A stretch of 64,000 nt of DNA from positions 74,896,001 to 74,960,000 of the forward strand of contig NC_042997.1 in NCBI RefSeq assembly GCF_006345805.1, given 5' to 3'. The notes under the pieces are model-generated. The model was not told where the DNA came from. It did no database searches and saw only the letters and a list, made by a program, of their open reading frames with translations. This DNA is from Octopus sinensis. Lineage: Eukaryota. The position numbers and the translations under genes are program-made. Positions 51,010-62,399 of the stretch are shown here, piece after piece (the stretch's first letter is position 1; every line of letters starts with the position of its first letter).

Positions 51010-52715
51010 CTAATATATCGACCAGTTACACTTTCACTATTCATGATATTATGGTTTAATTATTTGAATATGTATTTTCTTAAGAAGAAATTTTTTCCAT
51101 GTTATGTGTGATGATATTTACGAGTGAATGACTGCACAAATAAAAAAATATGGGGAGGTAATTAGTTATCGGTATAATTGTTATTGTTGTGGGCAAGTGA
51201 GATAATTGTTCAGCTTTCGGTAAAGAGAGGGGAATATATATGTACAGACAAAAAAATGGGTTTTGAAAAACTTATTTAGTGAGGGGACTTATGTACAGTG
51301 ATGTAATCGTGAATTGAAATATGTAAATAGATAAAAGTTGGTTATGTGTGCATATTAAGACGTGTTCTGTAATTTTCAATGAAAGAAAGTTTCTTTATTT
51401 AAACATTCTTGTGGAGAGATTGTGTCTTTGCACTGGTAGAAGGGGAAGACTGAAATTTGGTTTGATGTTATCTGCACATTTTCTATATGTTCACTGAGAG
51501 TAATTTGCCTGTATTGCAGGAAACAGATTTGCTCTTTATGTAGAGTGGTTCTCTTTCTCAAGGTCATACTCACCTGTCCAATATAGTTGTGTCCACAACC
51601 CAAGCACATTATTATATAAATTAGGTTCTCAGAGGCACAAGTGAAACTAGTTTTAATTGTGAACCTCTGTCCTTGTTTCAAAAGGAAATCCGAGTAGGTT
51701 GGGGCAGGTTCCACAGTTTGGGCGTCCACACTTTTTAACCGTTGGTTTTGTTGTTGTTTTGTAAAGCTTCACATTTGTTAATAGTCTCTTTAGTGATTTG
51801 TGTTGCTTTTTGCATTTGATGTTTTCAGGATGTCTTTCATTTTTGGATCTCTAGTTAGTAAAGGAAGATTTTGCACAATAATGTTGAATGCTTCACTGTT
51901 TCTGGGGTTGTGTGTTGATATAAATAGTAATGTTTTGAGATAAGGTGCGATGTTATGTCTTGTTGTTCTTAGTGATTTTATGTCTAATTTTTGGCACGTT
52001 TAATTCCCTCGTCTATAAGTGAGGGTGGATATTGTCTTTCAGTAAGTGTTGTTTTGAGGTCTTGAAGATGAAGGTCCTGAGTTGTTCTATCAAACACTAT
52101 TGTGCAAATCCATTTTGCCAAATTGAAAGGGATATTTATTTTGATGTGTTTCGGGTGGCATGATTTAAAGAGGAGATATTGTTTTTAATCAGTTGGTTCA
52201 TAATAGATGTCAGTTATGATTTGATTGTTGACTTTTTTATCATGATGTCTAAAGATGAGAGTTGTTCTTTGTTATATTCCATTGTGAATTGAATGTTACT
52301 ATTTATATAATTTAGTATTGATTTGAAATCCAAAAGTTTGTAGATGTTCTCCTTCCAAATGATAAAACAGTCATCCAGGTATCTTTTCCAATTTTCTCTA
52401 ATGTAAAGGTAAAATAGGTAACCATATTTTTGAAGTGATACTTCATATAAGGTGAATTCAAAATAACCCATTATTTCGTTCCCATCACAATTCCGCATAT
52501 CTGACAATAGCATGTGTCATCAAATAGGAAATAATTGTTCTGAAGTATAAATTTTAAAGATTCAATAATAAGGATCTGATTTATGCATTCCAGTAGTACT
52601 TTGGGGTACTTTTCCAACCAGAATTTAATTGCTTTGAAGAAAATACATATTCAAATAAGTAGACCATAATATCATGAATAGCGAAAGTGAAACCGGTTGA
52701 TATATTAACAATTGT
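51010..52715 (-). mobile_element. Decayed PLE fragment bounded by ~85-bp inverted repeats
   Basis: RYLDDCF (52214-52513) and LIYIIMCLGCGHNYIGQ (51376-51729); about 51010-51090 is the reverse complement of about 52630-52712. Confidence 0.8.
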
Positions 52716-52879
52716 ATTAAAACTATGTAAAGTGTGTGTATTTTCCTTTATTAATTTCTTATACACACACACACAGACACATATATATATACACGCACGC
52801 GCACACACACACACACACACACACAGTCTCAAAGCACCGAAAATATTTTGTGTTTCTAAAAAAAAGCTGCAATTGTTTG

Positions 52880-52955
<76 letters not shown>

Positions 52956-53021
52956 AACAATTGCAGCTTGGAAGGTGTTTATAAGCCATTTAAGAAACAC
53001 AAAATCCATTAGATATATTGT

Positions 53022-53067
<46 letters not shown>

Positions 53068-53159
53068 AATCCAAACGGGAAAACAGAAAAAAACAACAAA
53101 ACGTGGAACAATTACAGTATTATTATTAATAGGCGCCCAGGAAAGATGGAAGCAGGAAG

Positions 53160-53194
53160 GTATGACGTTTCGAGCGGAGCTCTTCGTCGGAAAC
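53160..53194 (-). ncRNA. Minimal hammerhead, 3' pseudo-LTR
   Basis: Identical to 14513-14547 and 59255-59289. Confidence 0.7.
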
Positions 53195-55986
53195 ATAAAG
53201 ATGGAAGAGAGAGGAAAGAAAGATCCCGAGGTGGGCAAACAGAGGGAGAAAAAAAAGCGACTGGTGTTTACGAAGTACACATGGTGAAAGGCGGAAGTTT
53301 ACGATAACAAGAGCAAAGTAGGTTTTTAAAGCCAAAAGAGTGGAGACAGGGTTGGTAACGCAACAGATGTGTGTGTATGTGTGAGTGTGTGCGTGTGGGT
53401 GTGTGTATGTGTGTGTGAGGCGAGATAAAAAAACAAAAAATATATATATATGTTAGTGTGTGCGTCTGTGTGTAGGCGTGTGAGGTAGGGCGAAACAGTA
53501 GTAGGCATAGCAGACAGTGGTCAGTAGTAAAAAAATGAAGGAAGGAGGAAGGGAAGGAGGGGAAGGGGTGGGGGCGTATGTAACGTGCCAGTGTGTGTGT
53601 TGAGTGGTAGTGTGTGTGTGTCCAGTGTCGTAGTTGTATGTATGACGAGTAGATTTGAAGTGTGTGTAAGAGTAATGTATATATTTAAGCAAATGTGTGT
53701 GTGTGAGTGGGTGTATGTATGTGTGCGCGTGTGTGTACAAAAAGGGGGGGGTTATAAGGAAAAAGGACTCCAGCTGAGGGGAAGATGGAAGAGTGGTCCC
53801 GCGGAGACGGGCGTGGGAGAACCCAACGACAGGTGACGGCCCCAGAAACGAGCCGGAGATCTCGTCGGGTCCAAGAGCGAGGTGCATGCATGCACGTATA
53901 CGTGCGCGAGCCGGCGCAAGCGCGTGTGTGCGCGCCTGCGAGTGTGTGTGTAAGTATGTGTGTGTGTGGATGTGTGAGTGTGTCTGTGTGTATGTGTGGG
54001 TGTCAGTGTGTCCGATGAATGTATGTAAGTATGTGTGTATATATGTGTGTGCATAGATGTATGTCCGTGTGTGTGTGTGTGTGTATGTGTATGAGTGTGT
54101 ATTTATGTACGTGTGTGTGTGTGGAAGTGTGTGTATGTGCATGTGTGTGCGCGTACATGCAGGTGTGTGAGTGAGTGTGTGTGTGTATGTATGTGTGAGT
54201 GTGTATGTATGTGTGTGTATGTATGTATGTGTACGTGCGTGTGTGTGTGTGTATGCATGTATGCATGTATGCGTGTAGGTGTGCGCGTGTGCATGCATGC
54301 ATGTGCGTATGTGTGTGTGTGCATGTGTGTGGGTATATATGTATGTGCGTATATGTGTGTGTATGTGCGTACATGTGTGTGTGTGTATGCATGTGTGTGT
54401 ATGTAGGTGTGTAGGCGTGTGTGTATAGGTGTATGTATGTAAGTATGTATGGGTGTGTCCGTGTATGTGTGTGTATGTAGGTGTGTGGGCGTGTGTGTAT
54501 AGGTGTATGTATGTACGTCTGGGTGTGTCCGTGCATGTTTGTGTGTGTGTGTATGCATGTGTATGTAGGTGTGTGTGTACGTGTGTAATGTATGTGTGTA
54601 TGCGTGTGTGTGCGTGTGTATGCGTGCGTGTGTGTATGTAGGTGCGTTTGTATGTGTGTGGGAGTGTATGTGTGTGTGTGCGTGTGCGTGTTTATGTTGG
54701 TGTGTGCGTATGTGAGTGTGAGTGTCTGGGTGTTTGTCATGCATGTGTGTGCGCGTGCAGGCGAGTGTGTGTAAGTATGTGTGTGTGTATGTTTGTGTGA
54801 GTGTGTATGTGTGTATGTATGTGCGTATAGGAGTATGTAGGTATGTGTGTGTGTATGTGTGTGGGTGTATGTATGTATGTATGTGTGTGTGTGCAGGTGT
54901 ATAAGTATATGTGTGTGTGCGTATGTGTGTGTGTATGTGTGTGTGTTTATGTATGTGTGTATGTGTGTGTGTAGGCGTGTGTATGTAGATGTATGTATCT
55001 ATGGGTGTGTGTCTGTGTGTGTTTGTGTGTGTGTGTAGGTAGGTGTGTGTGTCTGAGTGAGGGTATGGCTGTGTAGGTGTGTGTGTGTATGAATGTAAGT
55101 GTGTGTGTGTACAAGTGTAATGTATGTATGCAGGTGTGTGTGTATGTGTACGTGTGCGTGTGTATGTGTGTGTGTGTATGCGTGTGAGTGTATGGGTGTA
55201 TGTCTGTCTGTGTGTATGTCTGAAGTAGGTATGTGTGTGTATGTATGTATGTGTGTGTGTGTGTATGTGTGTGTGTGAGTAGGTGTGCGTGTATGTATGT
55301 GGGTAGGGATGCATGCGTGTGTGTGGGTATGTATGTATACATACGCACGCACACCTGAAGCAAGCCCATACACACGAAGCGCGCTCACGCACACAACACA
55401 CAAACAATACAACGCAAGCCCATGGGGCCGACCAAGCCCCAGCACGCGCCAAGGCGCGCGAGCGCAAAGGCCCTCGGACGACCCGCTCCGCGGGAACCGA
55501 GGGTCCATCAGCCAAAACCGTAAAGCAGAAAAGAGGGGGGGCTGCCTGGATGCAAATAGGTGTATGTGTGTGTGCATTCGTGTAAAGGTGTGCATGTGTG
55601 GGTATGTATGTATGTATGTGTGTGTGCCTACATGTATGTGTGCATGTGTGTGTGTGTGAAGTATGTATGTGCGATGTGTGTGTGTGAGTGTGTGTGTATG
55701 TATGTGCGTATGTATGTGTGTATGTATGTGTGTATGTATGTCTCTCTGTGTGTGTGTGTGTAAGTATGTATGTGTGTGTGTATGTATGTATGTGTGTATG
55801 TATGTGCATGTTGGTTTGTATGTTAGTGTGTGCATGTATGTCTATACGTGTGTGTGATTAAATGTGTGAATGTATGTACGTAGATGTGTATACGTATGTG
55901 TGTGTGTGAACAGGCGTGTGGGAGGTAGGTAGGTGTGTGTGTGGGGGTGGTGTATCCTGAAAAAAAAAGGGAAGAAGAAGAGGACC

Positions 55987-58836
55987 TCAAGAGGAGGGGG
56001 CTGTGTTAAGTCCGTGTGGGGTAGTAGTTTGTAGGGTGAAGATGTAGCGTTGCTCCAAGTGGAGCCTGGAAAGTTGGCGACCATTGTGGGGGGCGAGACC
56101 AAACACTGAGATGTCATCTAGGGAATGGCCGGCCGAGCGGAAGTGGCGTGCAACGGGAGAAAAAGAGTGTAGGCGAACGTCCCTCAAATGTTCTGTGAAT
56201 CGGTCGGACAACCGGCGTCCCGTCTGTCCTACATACAGCATCGCGCATAGGTTGCATTTAATGCAGTAAATAAGGCCAGACGAGGTGCACATAAAAGAGT
56301 GCCTAATGCGTACAGTATGCTGGTTGGAGCCTGTGACAGCGGTGGTGTTGGTGATGAAGGGGCAAGTGTTGCAGAGGGATCTAGAGCAGGGGAATGATCC
56401 GTGTGGGGTTGAGGGGTAAGGAGAGAGGGTGCTGTGGACCAGGAGGTCACGCAGATTGCGGGCTCGTTTGAAGGACAGGGGTGGGTTAGGGAAAATGGGG
56501 CGGGTGGTGGGATCAAGCTGGAGGCGACGGAAGGCACGTAGTATCTTGCGACGAAGGGGTAGGGTAGAGGGGTGGAAAAGGAAGGGGAAGGGAGTGCGGT
56601 TGGGGGGTGGGCGAGGGGAAGGAGACAGGGCGGTGGTGCGGTCGATGCGACGGGCGCGGGTGAGGGCATCAGAGAGGAGTATGGGTGGGTACCCTCGGAG
56701 TCTGAACAGGCGGGCCAGGTATTGAGATTGGGTCTCGAAATCCTGGTCGCGGCTGCACAAACGTCGGAGGCGGAGGAACTGGGAGTAGGGGATGGCTCGT
56801 TTTGTGTGGAAGGGGTGGGAGGAAGAGAAGTTGAGATAGAGGTGGGAATCCGTAGGTTTAAAGAAGGCGGTGGTGGTGAGAGAGTTGGAGGGGTGATCGA
56901 TGCGGAGAGAGATGTCAAGGAAGTTGACAGAGGTGTTGGAGATGGTGGAGGTGAATTGAAGAGAGGGGTGAAAGTTGGAGAGAAAAGAGATGAATTGGCA
57001 GAGAAGTTCACGGGAAAGGGAGGTGGCACCTATGCAGTCGTCGATATAGCGACCGTATAGTTCGGGGGTCGGCCCAGAGAACTGGGAGGATACTTGGGCC
57101 TCAATGTAGCCAAGAAAAAGATTGGCGAAATTGGGGCCCATCCTAGTTCCCATCGCGACCCCGGACACCTGTTGGTACGTTTCCCCGGCGAACGTGAAGC
57201 AATTGAGGGTGAGGACGAGCTCAGCCAGGCGGAGAAGGGTGGGGGTGCTAGGGGTGGGGTCGGGACGACGGTCGAGGAAGTGTTGGAGGGCTAGGAGACC
57301 GTCATTGTGGGGAATCACTGTGTACAGGGATTTTACATCTAATGTGAAGAGGAGGTGTGAGGGGCTGGAAGGGAAGGAAAAGGAATTGAAGAGACGGAGG
57401 GCGTGGTTGGTGTCGTGTATGTGGGATGGGAGGGCTGCGACTAAGGGGGACAGGATGCGGTCGAGGTATAGGGAAATGAGTTGAGTGGGGCAATTACAGG
57501 CAGAGACTATGGAACGGCCAGGATTAGAGGGTTTATGGATCTTGGGAAGGAAGTAGATGGTGGAGGTGCGGGGTGTGCGGACGATGAGGTTGGTGGCGGT
57601 GGGGGGGAGAGCGGAGGAGGAGATGACGTCGCGGTTGGTGGAGGTCACTCGCTGTTGGTAGGAGGAGGTGGGATCGGAGGGGAGGAGGCGATAGAAGAGG
57701 GGATTTTGAAGCTGGTTGAGCGCTTCCTCCCTGTATAGGTCCGCGCACCACACTACCACTGCCCCGCCTTTGTCCGCCGGTTTGATGACGATGTCATTAC
57801 GTCGGCGGAAGTGGCGAAGGGCAATGGATTCGGCCCAAGTGAGGTTGGCTCGGCGGGGTCTTGGTTCAAAGTTGAACCGGTGGACCAAAGCGTTGCAGTC
57901 ATGTACAAACGAATCTAGGCTACTGAATAGGCCTGGGGGCGGCGTCCAGATGGATGGACGACGCCCCAGCTCCAAAAGGCAATCCTGATTGTTGTGACGC
58001 TGCGGGGACGCGTGGTAGTATGCGCAAAGTTTGAGGCGGCGCAGGAACAGGTTGACGTCCGCCCGAGTCTCGAACTCATCACAGTGGCGCGTGAGTGGCG
58101 TGAAGCGGAGACCCTTACTGAGGAGAGAGCGCTCGGCGGCGGAGAGGGGGAGGTTGGGGGGTAAAGTGACAACAGCGCGAGGAAGCGGGGTGGTGGGAGG
58201 ACTAGGGGCAGGCAGAGGGGGTGCAGGGGTGTGAAGGGGAGGGTAGGGGTGGTTGGGTGAAGATGGGTTAGGCGTAGGAAGGTCACGGTGGGGGGTGGGG
58301 GTCCGTGGAAGGAGGGGGTAGGTGCGAAGGAGGGGGTGGGGGGAGCAGTGGGGGAGGATGGGAAAGGGGGTGAGGGGTTGAGGAGGAGGTGGAGTTTTTT
58401 GTTTTTTGTGTGTGAGGAAGTTGTAGCGTTGGTGGTTGAGATTAAGAATGAAGCGGAGGATAGGTTGGGTGAAGAGTGGAGGGCAGAGGGCGGAGAGAAG
58501 GAGGTAGGCCTGGGGAAGTTGATGGTCGAGGGAGTCAAGGAGGGGGCGGGTGGAGCGGATGGTGGCGCGGAGGAGGGAGCGGGAGGTACGAGCGAGGGTG
58601 GGTTCGATGAAGGGGGAGGAATAGGGGGTAGCGTGGAACTTCAAGAGGAAACCGCGGGGTGTGACATGATGGCGGAGGCAGCGGCTAAGGAAGGAGAGAT
58701 GACTTGAATGGCGAGTTTTCTTAAAAAGCAAGCGGGAAAGTTTTTTAGCAGGTGCAGAACATTGTGGGGGGAAGAACGCGAGGTAGCGGCTAAGGAGGGA
58801 TTGAAGGTGTTGGACGAACGAGTGCAAGTCAGGCAT
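55987..58836 (-). CDS. PLE polyprotein: N-terminal domain, reverse transcriptase, Cys linker and GIY-YIG endonuclease (949 aa from the first ATG)
   Basis: No stops: LLSKGLRF, IKPADKGGAVVV, YFLPKIHK, LDVKSLYT, GVAMGTRMGP, RYIDDC, CSRSLCNTC, LIYCIKC..LYVGQTGRRLSDRF. The provided ORF extends to a TTG at 58947. Confidence 0.93.
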   Translation of the reverse strand: MPDLHSFVQHLQSLLSRYLAFFPPQCSAPAKKLSRLLFKKTRHSSHLSFLSRCLRHHVTPRGFLLKFHATPYSSPFIEPTLARTSRSLLRATIRSTRPLLDSLDHQLPQAYLLLSALCPPLFTQPILRFILNLNHQRYNFLTHKKQKTPPPPQPLTPFPILPHCSPHPLLRTYPLLPRTPTPHRDLPTPNPSSPNHPYPPLHTPAPPLPAPSPPTTPLPRAVVTLPPNLPLSAAERSLLSKGLRFTPLTRHCDEFETRADVNLFLRRLKLCAYYHASPQRHNNQDCLLELGRRPSIWTPPPGLFSSLDSFVHDCNALVHRFNFEPRPRRANLTWAESIALRHFRRRNDIVIKPADKGGAVVVWCADLYREEALNQLQNPLFYRLLPSDPTSSYQQRVTSTNRDVISSSALPPTATNLIVRTPRTSTIYFLPKIHKPSNPGRSIVSACNCPTQLISLYLDRILSPLVAALPSHIHDTNHALRLFNSFSFPSSPSHLLFTLDVKSLYTVIPHNDGLLALQHFLDRRPDPTPSTPTLLRLAELVLTLNCFTFAGETYQQVSGVAMGTRMGPNFANLFLGYIEAQVSSQFSGPTPELYGRYIDDCIGATSLSRELLCQFISFLSNFHPSLQFTSTISNTSVNFLDISLRIDHPSNSLTTTAFFKPTDSHLYLNFSSSHPFHTKRAIPYSQFLRLRRLCSRDQDFETQSQYLARLFRLRGYPPILLSDALTRARRIDRTTALSPSPRPPPNRTPFPFLFHPSTLPLRRKILRAFRRLQLDPTTRPIFPNPPLSFKRARNLRDLLVHSTLSPYPSTPHGSFPCSRSLCNTCPFITNTTAVTGSNQHTVRIRHSFMCTSSGLIYCIKCNLCAMLYVGQTGRRLSDRFTEHLRDVRLHSFSPVARHFRSAGHSLDDISVFGLAPHNGRQLSRLHLEQRYIFTLQTTTPHGLNTAPSS

Positions 58837-59254
58837 GATGAGAAGTGGTGGCAAACAGGTAAAGGTGGGTGGTGGCGAAACAGGAAAAAGGAGAGACAAA
58901 AGGAAAACAAAAGAAGAAGTAAAAGGGTGAAGACAGTTTGAAAACAATAGAAAAAAGTTGAAAAAAGTCAGGAAAGAGTTTTGAGAGTCAACGGACAGAT
59001 TAGGTAATGATTTTCAATCACGATAATGGCGGTACTCCGGAAGAAAGGTAGCAGGTGATCCGTGGGTCCGGAAGAATGGTAACAATAATCCGTAGGTGCA
59101 AAAATCCGGGAATTGGTATCCGAGGTACAAGGGGTTCGTGTAGGCGCGCAGTGGTATAATTTTAATCCAAACGGGAAAACAGAAAAAACAACAACACGTG
59201 GAACAATTACAGTATTATTATTAATAGGCGCTCAGGAAAGATGGAAGCAGGAAG

Positions 59255-59289
59255 GTATGACGTTTCGAGCGGAGCTCTTCGTCGGAAAC
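59255..59289 (-). ncRNA. Minimal hammerhead, 5' pseudo-LTR
   Basis: Reverse complement: gttt CCGACGA A GAGC tcc GCTC GAA ACGT C atac. Confidence 0.7.
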
Positions 59290-59429
59290 ATAAAGATGGA
59301 AGAGAGAGGAAAGAAAGATCCCGAGGTGGGCAAACAGAGGGAGAAAAAAAAAGCGACTGGTGTTTACGAAGTACACATGGTGAAAGGCGGAAGTTTACGA
59401 TAACAAGAGCAATATATATATATATATAA

Positions 59430-60000
59430 CGGGAAGCTTTATGAAAATAAACAAAAGACAAAGGCAGGTGGAATACAAACAAACAATTATATTAGTATGG
59501 CGCTCAGGAATATAAATAAAACAAGTCTTTTACGTTTCGAGCTTACGCTCTTCAACAGAAAGATACACAGAAAAGAAACACGGAAAGAAACAAGGAGAGA
59601 AAAAAGATGCATGCAGAAGCTAGCGAATCAACATGGCAATCTGATTCCGGCCAGAAGTCAAAGATCAAACGTGAGACGCAAGAGCGAAAATAGGGGAGAT
59701 AACAGGGTCAAATGACCAACGCCCCAACATAAGGGTGTGTGTGTGTGTATGAGAGAGTATGTAGTGTGTATGAGAGGTCTGGACGTGTGTGTGTATGTAT
59801 GTATGATGTGATGTGTAATGTCGTATGGTGTAGTGTAGAGAGAGGAGATGAATGGGAGAGGGGAGGGGGAGATAAGGGGGAGAGAGATGAGAGATGAGGG
59901 GGAGGGGGAGGAAGGAAGGGGGAAGGGGAAGGGAAGGAAGAGGGGAAAAGGAAAGAGAAGAGGAGGGAGAAGGGGGAAGGTGAGAGTGAGGAGATAGATA
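59430..60000 (-). mobile_element. 3' end (CA/CT-rich UTR plus pseudo-LTR) of a related PLE family
   Basis: Shares ggcgctcagga and acgtttcgagc with the adjacent pseudo-LTR but is otherwise diverged. Confidence 0.6.
59526..59563 (-). ncRNA. Minimal hammerhead variant (core CUGUUGA)
   Basis: Reverse complement: TCTTT CTGTTGA A GAGC gtaa GCTC GAA AC|GT A AAAGA; perfect 5-bp stem I. Confidence 0.65.
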
Positions 60001-60089
60001 TATATATTCCAATAGAATTAAATTTATGTCAAGTAACTCTAAGATTAAAAATTCTATATACCAGTGTATAATCACTACTCGTAATAAAG

Positions 60090-60410
60090 TATGATTTTAC
60101 ATTGGAAGCACATCGTTAGAGTTATCTAAAAGAATTTCTATCCATTACTCAACATTTAGGGATAGAAATAAACGGAATAGTACCGGTCTCAGCAAACTGA
60201 TTTGGGATTTAAAAGACCACAATGAACAATTTCATTTAGAATGGTTGATCCTCTCAATTTCGATACCATATGACAAAGGCAAGAAATTCTGTCTTCTCTG
60301 CAATTCTGAGCTATTTTTTATTAGTCTTTCTAAAAATACTCTAGTAAACACGGTTATAGAGCGAGCATACAGATGTAAGCATTGGCAAAAACATACATTT
60401 AGTGCATATA
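60090..60410 (+). pseudogene. PLE GIY-YIG endonuclease C-terminal remnant, missed by the ORF track
   Basis: Manual translation FYIGSTSLELSKRISIHYSTF..STGLSKLIWDLK..FCLLCNSE, similar to 48927-49340. Confidence 0.7.
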
Positions 60411-60616
60411 AGTAGTCTCTATCATTATATATAATTTAAACTTTAATTTCCTTTATATTTAACATTTACTATTAATATCCCTACTCTTTCTGTTAGCTAC
60501 TTATGACGTTATATCATATAACGTTTTTTTAAACAATATTAATAGCGTTCTGTCTATCGCTATGCAAATCCATCATTTTTTGCTAAAATGTCGTATTGAC
60601 GAGTTTCGTTTTTTTC

Positions 60617-60702
60617 ACTTTCCCAAAGAGAAGATTGCATTGTTTATACCATTTATTCTTTTGAATAGCATCAGTGGAATTTTCGAAACATGTGTCCAAA
60701 GT
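60617..60702 (+). ncRNA. Degenerate hammerhead downstream of the GIY-YIG remnant
   Basis: actttc CCAAAGA GAAGATT..AATTTTC GAA ACAT|GTGT C caaagt; core has two substitutions. Confidence 0.5.
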
Positions 60703-60749
60703 AAAAATATTTGTTTACACCTGCATTAAAACCATTTTTTATTCATATA

Positions 60750-60789
<40 letters not shown>

Positions 60790-60800
60790 CACATACTTAT

Positions 60801-61046
60801 GTGGAGGCGCAATGGCCCAGTGGTTAGGGCAGAAAACTCGCGGCCGTAGGATTGCGGTTTCGATTTCCAGACCACGCGTTCTGAGTGTTTATTGTGTGGA
60901 AAACACCTAAAGCTCCACAAGGCTCTGACAGGGGGGGGGCATCCCTGCTGCGCTCTTTTGCACTCATTTGAAGGCTAAAACAATGCGAAATGCATTGTGA
61001 CCAGCGATATGTAACAACATCTGATAGCCTGATCGGTCACGGTGAT
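60801..61046 (+). mobile_element. tRNA-derived SINE, second family
   Basis: ggaggcgcaaTGGCCCAGTGGttagggca (A box) and ggTTTCGATTtcc (B box), followed by a non-tRNA body. Confidence 0.7.
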
Positions 61047-61057
61047 GTATATATATA

Positions 61058-61099
<42 letters not shown>

Positions 61100-61121
61100 G
61101 TATATATATATATGTATGTAT

Positions 61122-61203
<82 letters not shown>

Positions 61204-61204
61204 A

Positions 61205-61235
<31 letters not shown>

Positions 61236-62399
61236 CATATATATACATATATACAGATATATACATACATATATACACACACACACATATATATATTCAT
61301 ATATTACTTGTTTCTCGGTCTGTTTAATTTCATTGTTATTACCATTATTTTCATCCCTCGTACCATGTCTCCAAACTAAACTTGCTTCTGGTTGCAGCTT
61401 ATCTATTTAAAAATTTTTGTTTCATGTGTTTCTCTTCCACTCCATTCCTTCGCCAAATGATGATGCATTGCTAAGCTAAATTTTTTTTCATTTTCTTTCG
61501 ATCTTTTGTACATTCATTTGTCATTAACACTTTAAATGTATGACTTACTAACAGCTAGTTTTCATGAGCTAAGCATTGAAAATGTCCCCTCAAAACATTT
61601 TATCTCATATATTTTTGTTAAGATAATTACTCGTTTCTTAGTTTGTTTCATTATTATTACCATTATTTTCGCCCCTCTTACTATGCAACCAAACTAAACT
61701 TTGATATTCGTGGTGCACCCCCAATTTCTCGCCCCTACCACCAATATCGGATATCTCTATCATCCCACCATCTACACCGGATATCTCTCTCTCCTCCCAC
61801 CACCATTACCTCATGTCTCTTCTCCCAACCCCTCCTCCTCACTGGGCTGTTCTCTATATATTACCTGCACTCTTTCTCTTTCTCCGTGGACAAATGCAAC
61901 TAGCCCAGTTTGCCCACCCATCCACCTACTTAACTGGCTATCTTTCGTTTCATTTTCGTTCTGTCTAGAAACATGCCAACAGCTATCCAGGAATTTTCCT
62001 TGGCCTTAGCAAGTGAAGGAGAAAGCTATTCGGCTGTCTATGTATGCTTGTCCCTGTGCGTGGGTGTGTTTGTAGGGATGAGCTTGTTTCCTCTCACTCT
62101 GTCTGAAACCTCTCCCGCTGGTGGTACCCTCCACCATACCTGCAATCCCCCTCCTCCTGGACTAATGCAGCCAAATTCAGCTGACTCCCTACCTAATCTA
62201 ACATTGGAATATCCATACACTGCTTAAATTTACATTATTTGGTGACCATAATGCTTATGCTTAGAACACCGCCAACACCTGCTCCTATCTCCGGTAGGGA
62301 AAACAATCTTAGCATGCTTGAATGTTTGAATATTGTCAGGTCAGAAGTGAAAACAGGTGAAGCATGCCTAAGAAACAAACACGTCAACATTCCCTTTTC

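Larger units (their letters stand above)
53061..59411 (-). mobile_element. Apparently complete Penelope-like retroelement (Neptune-like) with ~250-bp direct pseudo-LTRs
   Basis: 53061-53310 matches 59159-59411 almost exactly, each with a hammerhead; single ORF; ~2.7-kb microsatellite-rich 3' UTR; (TA)n on both sides. Confidence 0.95.

Noticed and set aside
60495-60535. Hairpin cgttata-tca-tataacg preceded by cttatga
   Set aside because: No GAAA or stem III follows, so it was not called a hammerhead.
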